This document shows positions 26,333 through 42,585 of a stretch of 64,000 nt of DNA, piece by piece. Within the stretch, counting starts at the first letter, position 1. The number at the start of each line of letters is the position of its first letter. The notes below the pieces were generated by a model that saw only the letters and a list, made by a program, of their open reading frames with translations, made no database searches and was not told the DNA's origin. This stretch comes from the human T2T-CHM13v2.0 reference genome, Homo sapiens, in NCBI RefSeq assembly GCF_009914755.1, contig NC_060925.1; one strand, written 5' to 3'. A program made the translations under genes and the position numbers.

Positions 26333-29245
26333 AAATAATTATAGCAGCTTTAGTCATAAAATCCACTATCTGTGATCTACCAAGATATCCTTCAATAATT
26401 GAATCGATAAACTGTGGTACATCACACCCATGCAATGGAATGCTGCACAGTGATAACATGGAATGACGTGTCGAGACTCACAAAGACATGGTTGAATTTG
26501 AAATGCAAACTGATACGTAAGAAAAGTCAGTCTCAAAGGCTATAGGCCCATTTATATGATTTCTGTAAAAGACAAAATTACACATCCAAAAAGTGCAACA
26601 AACTCCGAGTTCAATGAATTCGGTGACACCCACCGTGACACACATTACAATCAAATTATCAAAAGAGAATCTTGAAAGCAGTAAGAGGGAAGTGAATCAT
26701 CATATCGAAGAAATCCTTAAGAAGTAGGTGACCAAATGCTCATCAGAAACTTTAGAGATCAGCAGGTAGTGGGATGACATATTTAAAGCCCTAAAATAAA
26801 ACACTTTCAACCTAGAATTCTACACACGGCAAAATTGTCCTTTAAAATGAAGGCAAAATTATGGCATTTCCAGAAATTAAAACTTGAGGCACTTCATTGG
26901 CCCTAGATTTTGTGTATGAAAAATTATAAAGAGAGACTCTCAGGTTGAATTTCAGGATGCTGGAGATAAACTATATGAAGATATAAAAATCTCTGATAAA
27001 TGTACACTGGTACATAAAAGCCAGCATTATTGAAATTTTAGCTTGTAACTCCACTTTTTATTTTCTACAAGATTTAAAATGCAAATAAATACAATATAAT
27101 TACAAGTCTGTGTTAGTGAACACACAATGTATAAAGACGTAATTTGTGACTCAACATAAAAACAGGATAGGTTTGTATGAGTCAACTTTTTTTTCTTTTT
27201 GACAATCTCAATGCATCACCCAGTGTGGAATGCAGTGGCATGATGTTGGCTCACTGCAACCTCCACCTCTGGGCTCAAGCAATTCTTTCCTCAGCCTCCT
27301 TAGTAGTGAAATTACAGGCATGCGCCACCACACCCAGGTAATTTTTGTATTTTTAGTAGAGACAGGGTTTCGCCATGTTGGCCAGGCTGGGTATGAGTCA
27401 ACATTTCGATGCAATTGAAGTTAAACGAGTGTTAATTCAAGTAGATTACTATAACTTTAGGATATAATATATTATCCCCATTGAAACCACAATAATATTT
27501 TCAAGTATACACAAAAGATAAAAGGCAATAAAATAGTTTCACTACAAAAAAATCAAATAAACATAAATCAGACAGTATTGAAAAACAAACATTATACAGA
27601 AAAGACTAAATGCAGAAAGAAGACCTTCTTTATCAGTAATTACTTTAAATGTGAATGAATTAAATTCTTCCCAACAATACAAATTGGAAGAATGAATCAA
27701 AAAGAAAAAAATTCAACTATTTATTGTTTAAAAGAGACTAACTTTACAGCTAAAGTCACAAAGAAGGTGAAAGTAATAGGATGGAAAAAGATACTTCATG
27801 TAAATGGTAGCCAAAAGAGACCAGAGGTGGCTACGCTAACATCAGACACAATTAACTTTAAGTTGAGAACTGTTATAAGACTCAACAAAAGACACATGTA
27901 TTGATAGAGATTTGTTCACCAAGAAAATAGAGAAGTTATAAACATACATTTACTAAACATCAGAACTACAAAATATATGAAGATACAGTGAGAGAAATTA
28001 AAAGAAGTTGATAGGTCTATAATAAATGTTGAAAACTCAAATAATTCACTGTCAGTGAATATTTAGTGAATTCTCATTAGTGAATTCTCATGGCTAGAAT
28101 AATAGAGGTTCGAAACAATAGAGGACTTAAATATATAAGCCAATCGGACCAAACAGACAAATATAGAACACTCTACCCAACAGCAGCAGGATACTCCTTA
28201 CAGTTTCCTCAAGAGAACATGGAAGAACACTCTCCAGGATAGACCACATATTAGGCTACAAAACAAGTTAATATATTTTAAAAGACTAAAATCATGCAAT
28301 GGACTTTTCCAATCACAAGGAAATAAAACTAAAAACATAATCAAATTAAAACAGCAAATTTCACAAATTTGTGGAAATTAAACAACACACTTAACCAACA
28401 AGTCAAATATGAAATCATAGGGAAAATTAGAAATCACTTGAGACTACTGACAACAAAACACATCATGCCAAAACTTATGGGTTGCAGCAAAAAGCAGTGC
28501 TAACAGGAAAATTTATAGCCATAACCACATACATTTTTAATGTAAAAAAAAATATCAGATCAATAATCTCATGTTACACTTAAGAAACTACAAAAAGTAA
28601 AGTAAGATGAACCCCAAAAAAGAAAATATGAGCCTAGCGTAGAGATACTAATAAAGGACAAGCAAACAGTAGAGAAAAATCAATAACATTAAGTTTTATT
28701 TCTTTGTAAAGATCAACAGACTTGACAAATCTTTAGACAGATTAACTACAGGAATAAAAAATGATGTAAGACTCAAATACCTAAATTCTTAAAAGAAAGG
28801 AGGAAGGCTACTACTGATTTTACAGAAATGAAAACAATTTGAAGAGGAAACTATAAATAATTCTATGTCAGCTTATTAAATAACCCAGTTAAAATGAACA
28901 AATTCTTAGAAATATACTGTATACCAAATCAAATCATGAAGAAATAGATAATTTGAATAGATATACAATAAGCAAGGTGATTGAATCACTAATCTAAAAT
29001 CTCACTAGAAAGAAAGGTGTTGAACCAGAAAGATTTACTGGATAAATGTAAAAAAATCCTTCTCAAAATCTTCAAAAAAGAAAACTGAAAATAGAGACTA
29101 CTTCCTGTCTTGTTCCATGAGGCCCGCCACTACCCTGATACAAAAACCAGACAAAGACCCTACAAGAAATGAAAACTACAGAACAATATTTCTCATGAAT
29201 ATTGAAGTAAAAAACACTCAAAAACATTTAACATCCCAGATAATT
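26333..29245 (+). mobile_element. Old L1M fragments (paralog of 3495-5085, 6830-7305 and 9340-10185)
   Basis: Endonuclease-domain peptide STIYCLKETNFT...GWKKILHVNGSQKRPEVATL. Confidence 0.7.
27187..27391 (-). mobile_element. 5'-truncated Alu (paralog of 4352-4578)
   Basis: Same TSD tatgagtcaac and same truncation. Confidence 0.88.
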
Positions 29246-29251
29246 CCTTTG

Positions 29252-32200
29252 TCTCTGGGCAAGATGGCCAACTGGATGCAGCCAGGTGGAACAGCTGCCA
29301 CTAAGGGACCGAGGTAACAAGTGCACTTCTAACAGATATTCAGAGGGAAGGCACTGAGAGTGAACCAAGGGAAGACCCAGAAATGAGGCTGAAAAGAGAG
29401 AAAGTTAGGAGCCCTGCACAGGGACACTATACACCAGGACTGGTTCCTGGCCTCCAGTGACTCCAGGGGAACAGCTGAGTTGAACCGACAGGGAACAACC
29501 CACTCTTGCCATGGGCCTCTGGAATCCCAGCAGGGGGAGACACCCTTAACCACCAGGGATGCTCCAGTTGGCAGGGAGAGCTGCTTAGGGAAGTGACAGG
29601 GGCAGCATGCCAGCTGATGTGGAGCCTAAAGGGTTTGGTAGGGGAGTGTCTGTAATGGAGCAGGGCCAGGGATGGCCATCTCCCTAGGCTCAACTTACTC
29701 ACATAGCAGACTTTAGCCCTTGGGGAGCTGTTGGACCTGAACTCTGCATGGCAATCTTACCCTTCAGATGGGGACAGTCTGACCTGAGCACCTCCTGGTC
29801 AGCTGGTCTCTCCTGGGGTGCCAGCTTGGATGCACTTCCTTGCAGGGCAAACTCGGGCGACCTTGGGACCCACATTTTAGCGTCTGTGCTGGGAGAACAC
29901 AACTAACAAATGGAGAACTCCAGTGGGGCAGCCACCCAGGGTCACCCACAAGCCCACCTGCTCACTCCTAACACTGCAGCCTCCCTGGGGCCCAGAGCAA
30001 CACCCCATATCACTTTGCCAGCATGTGAGTGCATGAGTGGGTTTTGCTTTCCTCTTCTCATCAGTAGATGTGAGAGTGTGCATCCTGCCCTGTCACTGCT
30101 GCAGTGACAGTACAGTCAGTCCATTCTCCCTGGTGATAGCCATTGCAGTCACATAGCCAGCCAACCCCATCCCTGCCAATGCACCGCCCATGCCAGTGTA
30201 TACCCCATGCCAACAATGGGAGTGAAACCAGGCAATGAAAACAATGGAAACTCCTGCACCCCAAACAACCACCCTTAACTGCAGCACACAGAAAAAAGAC
30301 ACAGACCCGCACCCACCAGCACCCTACCCATATACCAACAACACTACAAGTGTGACAGCACACACAGTAACCAGCAGGGACCCCCTACAGCCCCAAGCCA
30401 CAATGCCTTCACCACTGTCGTGAACATCCCCACAGAGGCAGGTACCCTAGCACCTGCAAGAACCCTGCCCCCAGCCCAATAGTATGCACCCTGCCATGCT
30501 GCCACTGCTCTTGACACATACAAACAAGAATGGACCCCACTGCCACCACACTGCAAAACACTTTGACTGACACCACCCATCAGAGTGTAGTGAACAGGGG
30601 TCAGGGAGCACCTCAGCCTCCATAGCACAGTGGATTCCTAACCTGGAGGAGCCAAAGAACAAAGTCAAGCCTGACACACTTCACTCAGAGTTATGGCATG
30701 CAGTCCAGGAATTGGGAGCTGAATGTTGGGACCCTAAAATCTTTCAGAGATGAAGCCAGTCATCTGAATTGACATTATACCACAATCAAAACCTCAAGGT
30801 TATCAAATGAGATAAAAGAAATTAAAACCCATCCAAATGTCAGCAACTTCAAAGATTGAAGGAATATAAGCACATGAAGATAAGAAAGAATCAGCACAAG
30901 AACTCTGACAACTCAAGAAGCCAGGGTGTCTTTGTTCCTCCAAACAACCACACAATCTCTCTAGCAAGGGTTTTGAACTGAGCCAGGATGGCTGAAGTGG
31001 CAGAAATGGAATTTCGATATGGATAGGAAGGAAGATCATTGATGTGGAAGACTATGTTGAAACCCAATCCAAGGAAGCTAAGAATCACAATAAAACGACG
31101 CAGGAGCTGACAGACAAAATAGCCAGTATAGAAAAGAACATAACCTACCAGATAGAGCTGAAAAACACTACAAAATTTATTATTTGTTATGTTCTAATGC
31201 AATCATGAGCATTAATTTCTGAATGGACCAAGCAGAGAAAAGAATCCCAGAGCTCAAACACTGACTTTCTGAAATAAGACAGTCAGACAAGAGAGAGAGA
31301 AACGAATGAAAAGAAATGAACAAAGCCTCAGATAAATATGGTATTTTGTAAAGAAATCAAATTAGTGGTTCATTGGTGTTGCTGAAAGAGATGGGAAGAG
31401 TGTAACCAACTTGAAAATGTGTTTCAAGATATCATCCATGAGAACTTACCCAACCCAGCTAGAGAGGCAGACATTCAAATTCAGAAAATGCAGAGAACTC
31501 TAGTAAGATACTACAGAAGAACATCATCTGCAAGACAAATAATCATCAGATTCTTCAAGGTCAAATGAAAGAATAAATGCTAAAGGCAGCTAGAGAGAAA
31601 GGTCAAGTCACCTACATAGGGAAGCCCATCAGACTAACAGCAGACCTCTCAGCAGAACCTATATAGTCCAGAAGAGACTGGGAGCCAATATACAACATTC
31701 TTAGAGAAAAGAAATACCAACCCAGAATTTCATAACTACTCAAACTCAGTTTCATAACTTAAAGAGAAAAAAGATCCTTTTCAGACAAGCAAAGGCTAAG
31801 GGAATTTGTTACCACCAGACCTACCTTACTAGAGGGGGCAGTAAATATAGAAAGACAATTACCAGCAACTACAGAAACACACTGTAGTATACAACCAGTG
31901 ACACTATAAAGCAACCACATAAACAAGTTTTCAGAATAACCAGCTAACATCATGACACAATCAAATCCACATGTATCAATACTAACCTTGAATGTAAATG
32001 GACTAAATGCCCCAATTAAAACCCAGAGTGGCAAGCTAATAAAAGAACCAAAATCCATTGGTGTGCTGTGTTCAAGAGACCAAACTCACATATAATGACC
32101 CACATAGGCTCAAAGTAAGGGGATGGAGAAAAATCTACCAAGCAAACAAACAAACAAAAAACAGAAAAAAGCAGGTGTTGCCATCCTAATTTCAGTCAAA

Positions 32201-33800
32201 GGAGACTTTAAACCAACAAACATCAGAAAAGGACTAAAACATTTCATAATGGTAAAGGAATCAAATCAACAAGAAGACCTAACTATCTTAAATATATGTG
32301 CACCCAACACAGGAGAACTCAGATTTATAAATCAAGTTCTTAGAGACCTTCAAAGATACTTAGACTCCCACATAATAATAGTGGGAGACTGAAACATCAC
32401 AGAGACAGTATTAGACACATCAAAGAGACAGAAAATTAACAATGCTACTCACTACCAAAACACAGCACTGGATCAAATTTACCTGCTAATAATCCACAAC
32501 TGTCCACCTAAAAACAACAGAATACATATTGTTCTTATTGCCACGTGGCACATAGTCTAAAATCCATCACATGATAGGATATAAAATTCTCCTCAGCAAA
32601 TACAAAAGGACTGAAATCATAACAACCAATTTCTCAAACCACAGTGCAATGAAATTACCAATAAAGACTAAGAAATTCACTCAAAAACATACAATTACTT
32701 AGAAATTCAACAACATGCTTCTGAATGTCTTTTGGGTAAATAATCAAATTAAGGAAAAAAATCAATAAGTTCTTAAGCTACAAAATACCAAAATCTCTGG
32801 GACACAGCTAAAGCAGTGTTAAGAGGGAAATTTATAGCACTATAACATGGTGAAACCCCATCTCTACTGAAAATACTGCAAGCTACACATCTTATAAACG
32901 TCTAATATCCAGCATCTATAAGGAATTTGAACAAACTTACATGAAAAATAAACAGCCCCTTTGAAAAGTGAACAAAAGACAAGAACAGACACTTTCAAAA
33001 GGAGACATACATATGGCCAAGAAGCATGTGAAAAAAAGTTCAATGTCACGGATCACTGGAGAAATGCAAATCAAAACTGCAATGAGATAGAGTCTCACAC
33101 CAGTCAGATGGCTATTAAAATGTCAAAAAAAATAAAAGGTGCTAGAGAGGTTGTAGAGAAAATAAATGCTTATACACTGTTGGTGGAAGTGTAAATTAGT
33201 TCAAACATTGTGGAATACAGGGTAGCAATTACTCAAGGAATTAAAATTGAAGAACTACCATTAAAACCAGCAATCCCATTACTTGGTATATACCTAGAGG
33301 AATATAAACCATTCTATCATAAAGACACATGAATGTGTTATGTTCATTGCAGCACTATTCATAATAGCAAAGACATAGAATCAAACTAAGTGCCCATTGA
33401 TAAAAGAATAGATAAAGGAAAAGTGGTACATATACACCATGAAATTCTATGCAGCCATAAGAAGAAATGAGACTGTGTCCTTTACAGGTACATGGATGGA
33501 GCTGGAGGCCATTATGCTTAGCAAACTAATGCAGAAAGAGAAAACCAAATACAACATGTTTCACTTATAACAGCAAGTTAAATGAGGAGAACACATGGAC
33601 ACATAGAGGGGAACTGCAGACAATGGAGCCTACCACAGGGTGATGGTTATGGGGAAGGAAAGGATCACAAAAAATAACTAATGAGTACCAGAATTAATAC
33701 CTAGGTGATGAAATTGCTGTATGCTAAACCCCTATGACACAAGTTTAAGTATATAACAAACCTGCACATTTACCCCTGAACTTAAAATAAAAGTTTAAAA
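29252..33800 (+). mobile_element. Paralogous copy of the L1PA13-15-like element with an internal deletion
   Basis: Colinear with 10195-13860, then jumps at 32876/32877 to the equivalent of 17560. Confidence 0.88.
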
Positions 33801-33807
33801 CAAAATA

Positions 33808-34382
33808 GCAGGTGCTGAAGAGGATGTAAAGAAAAAGTCTTACATGCTCTTGGGGGGAATATAGGTTAGTACAGCCACCATGGAAAACAGTAAGAAGATT
33901 TCTCCAAAAAAACTAAAAATAGAACTATCATTCAATCCAACAATCCAGCTGCTGTGTATCTATCCAAAGGAAAAAGAAATCAGATTATGAAAAGGATGCC
34001 TAAACTCCCACGGTTATTGCAGCACTATTCACAATAGCAAAGATGTGTAACCTAAGCATGCATTAACAAATAAATGGATAAAGAAAATATTGTGTATACA
34101 TGCAAAGAAATAGTATTCCATTGTAATAAAAAGAATAGAATCCTGTCATTGGAAGCAACATGGATTCAACTGGAGGTCATTATGATAAGTAAAATAAATC
34201 AAGCAGAGAAAGACAAATATTGTATGTTTTCACTTATATGTGGGAGCTACAAAAGCTGATCTATAAAGGTAGAGAGTAGCATGATAGATACCAGAAGCAG
34301 GGAAGGGTGTTCAGGGGATGGAGAATGAAAAAACACTGGTTAATGAGTACAAACATAGAGATACATAAAAGGAGTAAGTTTT
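33808..34382 (+). mobile_element. L1MA 3' end, left part (resumes 38177-38410)
   Basis: Paralog of 18482-19290, split by a younger L1. Confidence 0.75.
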
Positions 34383-38160
<3,778 letters not shown>

Positions 38161-38948
38161 AAAAGGAGTAAGTTTTAATATTTGATAGCAGAGTAGGGTG
38201 ACTACAGTTTACAACAACATATTGTATTTTTCAAAATAGCTAGAAGAGAGGAATTAAAATGTTTCCAACAAAGAAAGAAATGATAAATGCTCAAGGTAAT
38301 GAATGCCCTAAATTTCCTAATATCATGACTTTATCATTATACATTTGATCCATGTAACAAAATATCACATGTACCCCAAAATGTGTATAGGTATTAAGAA
38401 TCAATAAAAAATAGCAAAGAGAGTCTTCTTATTTTCTATATTAGTTACAACCAAGCCATTCTATTGCTGGAACAAATATGGTAGTGGTTGTCGTGGGGAG
38501 TGATGATGATGATGATCTTGATGATCATGATGATGATGATGATGATAATCATAATGGTGGAAACGATGATGATATGTTGCTGCGAATAAACCTCTATCAA
38601 ATGACAGCTAATCATGTGTTAGGCATTGTGCCATTAAAATTTCAGATAGTAATTCAATTTTATGCCTTAGACAAGTTTGTTAAGTAAATGTTATTTTGCT
38701 CACTTTGCAGTAAAGAGATTGACATTCAGAGAAGTTGAATAATATGTTCCTCAAATCAATCAAACACTAATTAAGGAAAATAAAAATAAAAAAATACAGA
38801 AATAATCTTTGATATGTCCCAAATTGTGAGATCCTGTCTGTGGATGAAAGAAAAGTGGAAATATACCCAAATGATTATAAAATATTGCTAATAAAGCATA
38901 TTTGAAAAGAAACAAAAGATCCATTCACAAATATATATGCATAGATTC

Positions 38949-38954
38949 TTTATT
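38949..38954 (-). terminator. SPRR2F: SPRR2F polyadenylation signal AATAAA
   Basis: tttatt on + strand, same context as SPRR2E (tttattcaggg). Confidence 0.8.
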
Positions 38955-39327
38955 CAGGGAGTGAAAGGAAAGTGACAACTGCACAGGTGGTGGAAGCTCA
39001 TGCCCAGGGGACAGACAGACACAGAAAACATCAACAGAATTCTCTAATGGTTCCCAGGGAGAGAGCTGCTCTTTCTTCTGAAGCTCTGGGAGCTGGCACA
39101 GCCCAGGACTTCCTTTGCTCAGTCTCCACCTCGACAGTGGCAGTATGGCAGCCTCAAAAAGAAAACCTTTTGCTATCAGAGATCATCACAGGCCGATCAC
39201 AGGCTAAGAGGAAAGAAGCTCCCTGTGTATCCCTGGATGGCTTTGATGAGAAGATGCAGGTGGAGCTGTGGAACGAGGTGAGCCAATTATCCTTATCCTT
39301 TCATGCTCCTGATGAATCCTGAAGCTG

Positions 39328-39546
39328 TTACTTGCTCTTGGGTGGACACTTTGGCTGGCAGGGTGGGGAAGGTGTCACAGGAGGACATTTCTGCTGGCAC
39401 TGCTGAGGTGGGCAGGACTGTGGACACTTTGATGGTGGGCAGGGCTCAGGGCACTTCGGGGGTGGACATGGCTCTGGGCACTTTGGCGCGGGGCACACAG
39501 GAGGTGGCTGGCAGGGCTGCTTGCACTGCTGCTGTTGATAAGACAT
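39328..39546 (-). CDS. SPRR2F: Small proline-rich protein 2F (72 aa cornified envelope precursor)
   Basis: SPRR2 ORF with A20, S39 and S44 (CPAPKC...[10 protein letters not shown]), the residues I recall for SPRR2F. Lies 19 kb from SPRR2E on the same strand. Confidence 0.93.
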
Positions 39547-39565
39547 CCTGCTGGAGTCTCAGAAT

Positions 39566-40286
39566 CTGAAAGAAATTATATGACAGTGTTCACGGGAAGG
39601 GAATCCTCCAGAGAGAGAAGCCAAAGCTTATGTAATACCATGACATATTATTTCTCCAATCTCCAAGAAATTATTTAAACTCTTAATTCCCTTTTCAAGA
39701 GTCCCTGGCTTCTCACTTCCACTTCAGCGAATTACTTCATTGTCCCTGGGAACTCTTGTGTTTTCTCATATAATTTTTCCAAAGAAAATATCTCTGTAGT
39801 AAACAACCAAGCATGTTATTTCTATGAAAATAACATCTTCAAGAAAGGCAGTCACAAGTTCAGATACCCAGGGCTATCTCACAAGCTATTCCTGTTATCA
39901 TTATCTGTTGTAAAATCCCAGTGGGTTGACATAGGCACACAGAAAACGACTGTTTGGGAAGAATTGCATGCTCTCACACCTGCTACGACATAAACCTTTG
40001 AAAAGGACACCAGAAAAGCAGAGAAAAAAAGAAAAATACTTTGTTATTTTTTCTTCTTCAAATCAAAGCTTTCCCCTTAACTAACTTCTCTGTCCATATG
40101 AACACCTAACTCTGTACTAAAAGAAAGCTAAAATAGCATATCATTGTGCTCTAATCCTAAATTTCCATCCACTAAGTAGCATCAAATCAACATTCATAGG
40201 ATTGGATCAACCAAACTTGCTGTATTCAGATTAAATTCAACATTTCAGGGCACAAAGAACAGAGGAACTCCAGGAAGCCGACTCAC
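39566..40286 (-). other. SPRR2F: SPRR2F intron 1 (721 bp)
   Basis: GTGAGT...TTTCTTTCAG, colinear with the SPRR2E intron. Confidence 0.85.
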
Positions 40287-40328
40287 CAGGTTCTCCAAGG
40301 CAGATCGGTGCTTAGGTACCAGGAGTTT
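40287..40328 (-). other. SPRR2F: SPRR2F non-coding exon 1
   Basis: Paralog of SPRR2E exon 1. Donor GTGAGT at 40286-40281, TATAAA at 40358-40353. Confidence 0.85.
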
Positions 40329-40530
40329 AGGAGTCGTGCAGCAGAAAACCTCTTTATAGGGCCTGCTACCCCTCCCAGCAGAAAGTGTAACTGCCAAAAG
40401 CTACACTTATCCAGTAATTTCTTAAGCCAAATGCAAATTTATCCACAACTGGCCTGACAGTGATTATCAAACTAGGAAATATCCTGTTCTGGGATCTCCC
40501 CACTGGGTTAAGTGCTCCTGACTCACAGAG
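40329..40530 (-). promoter_or_regulatory. SPRR2F: SPRR2F proximal promoter: TATA, octamer, AP-1; Ets and CACCC sites altered
   Basis: TATAAA 40353-40358, ATGCAAAT 40431-40438, TGACTCA 40519-40525. The Ets position reads CAGAAAGT and the TG box reads CCCCTCCC. Confidence 0.82.
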
Positions 40531-40800
40531 GCCCTGCCTTAGATCTCAGTTTCAGTGACCTATGGCAAAGAGGGACTTGGGGGATTCTCTAACTGGTGGT
40601 CAAGGGCTCTCTTTTTTGACTGGGGGCAATGATCCTTTCCTGTCTTACACCTTCCCTAAATCATAAAACTTCCTGTCCTGATCCACTTTACTGAATGCCA
40701 TATTGTTGTACATGAACCCATCTCCACCTCTACTTTCCTTGTACAATTTGCCAATGCGCTAAAAGGAAGGAGAGACCTAACAAAGGCCTGGGTTCTGGTC

Positions 40801-40805
<5 letters not shown>

Positions 40806-40837
<32 letters not shown>
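40806..40837. repeat. Poly(T)32 tract upstream of SPRR2F
   Basis: Direct count. The SPRR2E paralog has T7 (21812-21818). Confidence 0.95.
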
Positions 40838-40840
<3 letters not shown>

Positions 40841-42525
40841 AAGTTGTGTGACCACAGGCAGGTCACCTCTCCTCCCTGTGATTATAAGCAGGGGAGAATC
40901 ATACTTACCTCTGGAGATGGGAGCTGACCGCATTGTGCCATCTGCTGACCCTGTTCAAGCCAGAAACTTTCTCCTCCACTTCTATCTTTCTCTCTCATAG
41001 AACCCTGGATTTTACGATTTTCCTTTCCTCTTTGAAGCTGTCTTCTCCACCCAATTTGTACAGGCAATTGTCACCTGGGACAGATTCCAGAGTGACAGCC
41101 AGTCTCCCCAGCACATTTGCTACTTGCTGCCATTAAGGATGTATACTAGCGCCTTTTTATTTATAAAAATGTATTCTTTGCTACCACATTAAGGAAACGG
41201 AGAGACATGAAACAAAATTACAAGCATTCATTCAAAATCTATGTATTGAACCATGCCTATATGATTCCCTGAAACCACCCTATAGAGAACAATCTGCATA
41301 GACTCACATTATCATATGTGAATAATTAGAAGTAGGTTTGCAGAGTGGAGATGGTCAGCGCACCTAAAGTCTGAAATCTGGGGGAAAATACAAATTAAGT
41401 ATAATCTAATATGTATTCTTCCCCTCTGTTTCTAAACAGGTTTTAGGTGTTTCTCAGTGTTTTTTAATTTGTTTGCATGTTCTTTCTCTGTCTTTTCCAT
41501 AAGCCCCCTAGTCTCATGACCTGCTAGATTATCAAGTCACACCCCAATGTACACCTCTCATCTATTCATTTTGGTACATATTGTTCACTCAACATATATA
41601 TTGTCAATGCATATAGTGACTCCTCTTTCATATCTTTTGTAAACTCTTCCAGCAATTAGTGAGGCTTACTAAACATGGTATATTAAATATTTAAGTTGAT
41701 GTTGCTAGAGCTTCCTTAGACCAGTAGTCAGAAAGCTTTCCAAGAATGTGGTTTATAGTTGGAGAAGAAGAAAGGAAAATGAGGAAGAGGAAGAGGAAAG
41801 ACTCAAAATCATTGGAGCAGTCACCAGCTATGCTCCAGGAAGGGTAGGAGTGCTGAATCAACCCAGCATCACATCCCTCAGTTAAGCAGGTTAGGTTCCC
41901 AGAGCTGCCATTGCTCCCGTCAATAAGGAAGGGCTTTGGGGCAAGATCACTACTGGCCAGGACAGTACAGAAATAAAGACATCACGTCAGCACCTTGAGG
42001 CCAGGTATTTACAAATGGTGTTCTCACCAAATTACCCCTACAGACTATTACGCATGCTAAGCACATCAGGGGACAAAGTAAAGGGCCTTTATTCAATAGG
42101 TCACTTACTACTCCCCAACAGCCTCACATCACATCTAAAACACAAATCCTTAGAGAAATGTCTGATTTCTAACATGCAAAATTGGAGAATTGGCTGCCAA
42201 ATGAGATCACTGTGTAAGATAATACAGTTTGAGTCATGCCCTGAGACTCCCCTTCTGAGAACACCCCACTCAAACAGGCTGTTTATCACAGCAGTGCAGG
42301 CACCAGAGTGGCAGCAGCCCTAGTGCCCCCAGCATCTCAGACAGGCTCACTTTACAAGTGAACTTGAAATTCAGAGTTTCTCACAGACCAGCTACATGAG
42401 GAATGGCCACAACATGAAGAGGGGCAGCTAACAGTCACAGCTTCCCCAAGTTAGGACATCCAGGCCCTGAGACATGCAGCAAGGCATACTTTACACACAC
42501 ACACATACCCACCATGGGTGTGTGT

Positions 42526-42585
42526 CTATCTATCTATCTATCTATCTTCTATCTATCTAATGTGTCATCTATCTATCCATCTACC
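42526..42585. repeat. (TATC)n microsatellite
   Basis: ctatctatctatctatctatc..., expanded relative to units 1 and 2. Confidence 0.85.

Noticed and set aside
38478-38687. Poly-Asp ORF
   Set aside because: Translation of a (GAT)n microsatellite. The paralog at ~19508 stops early.
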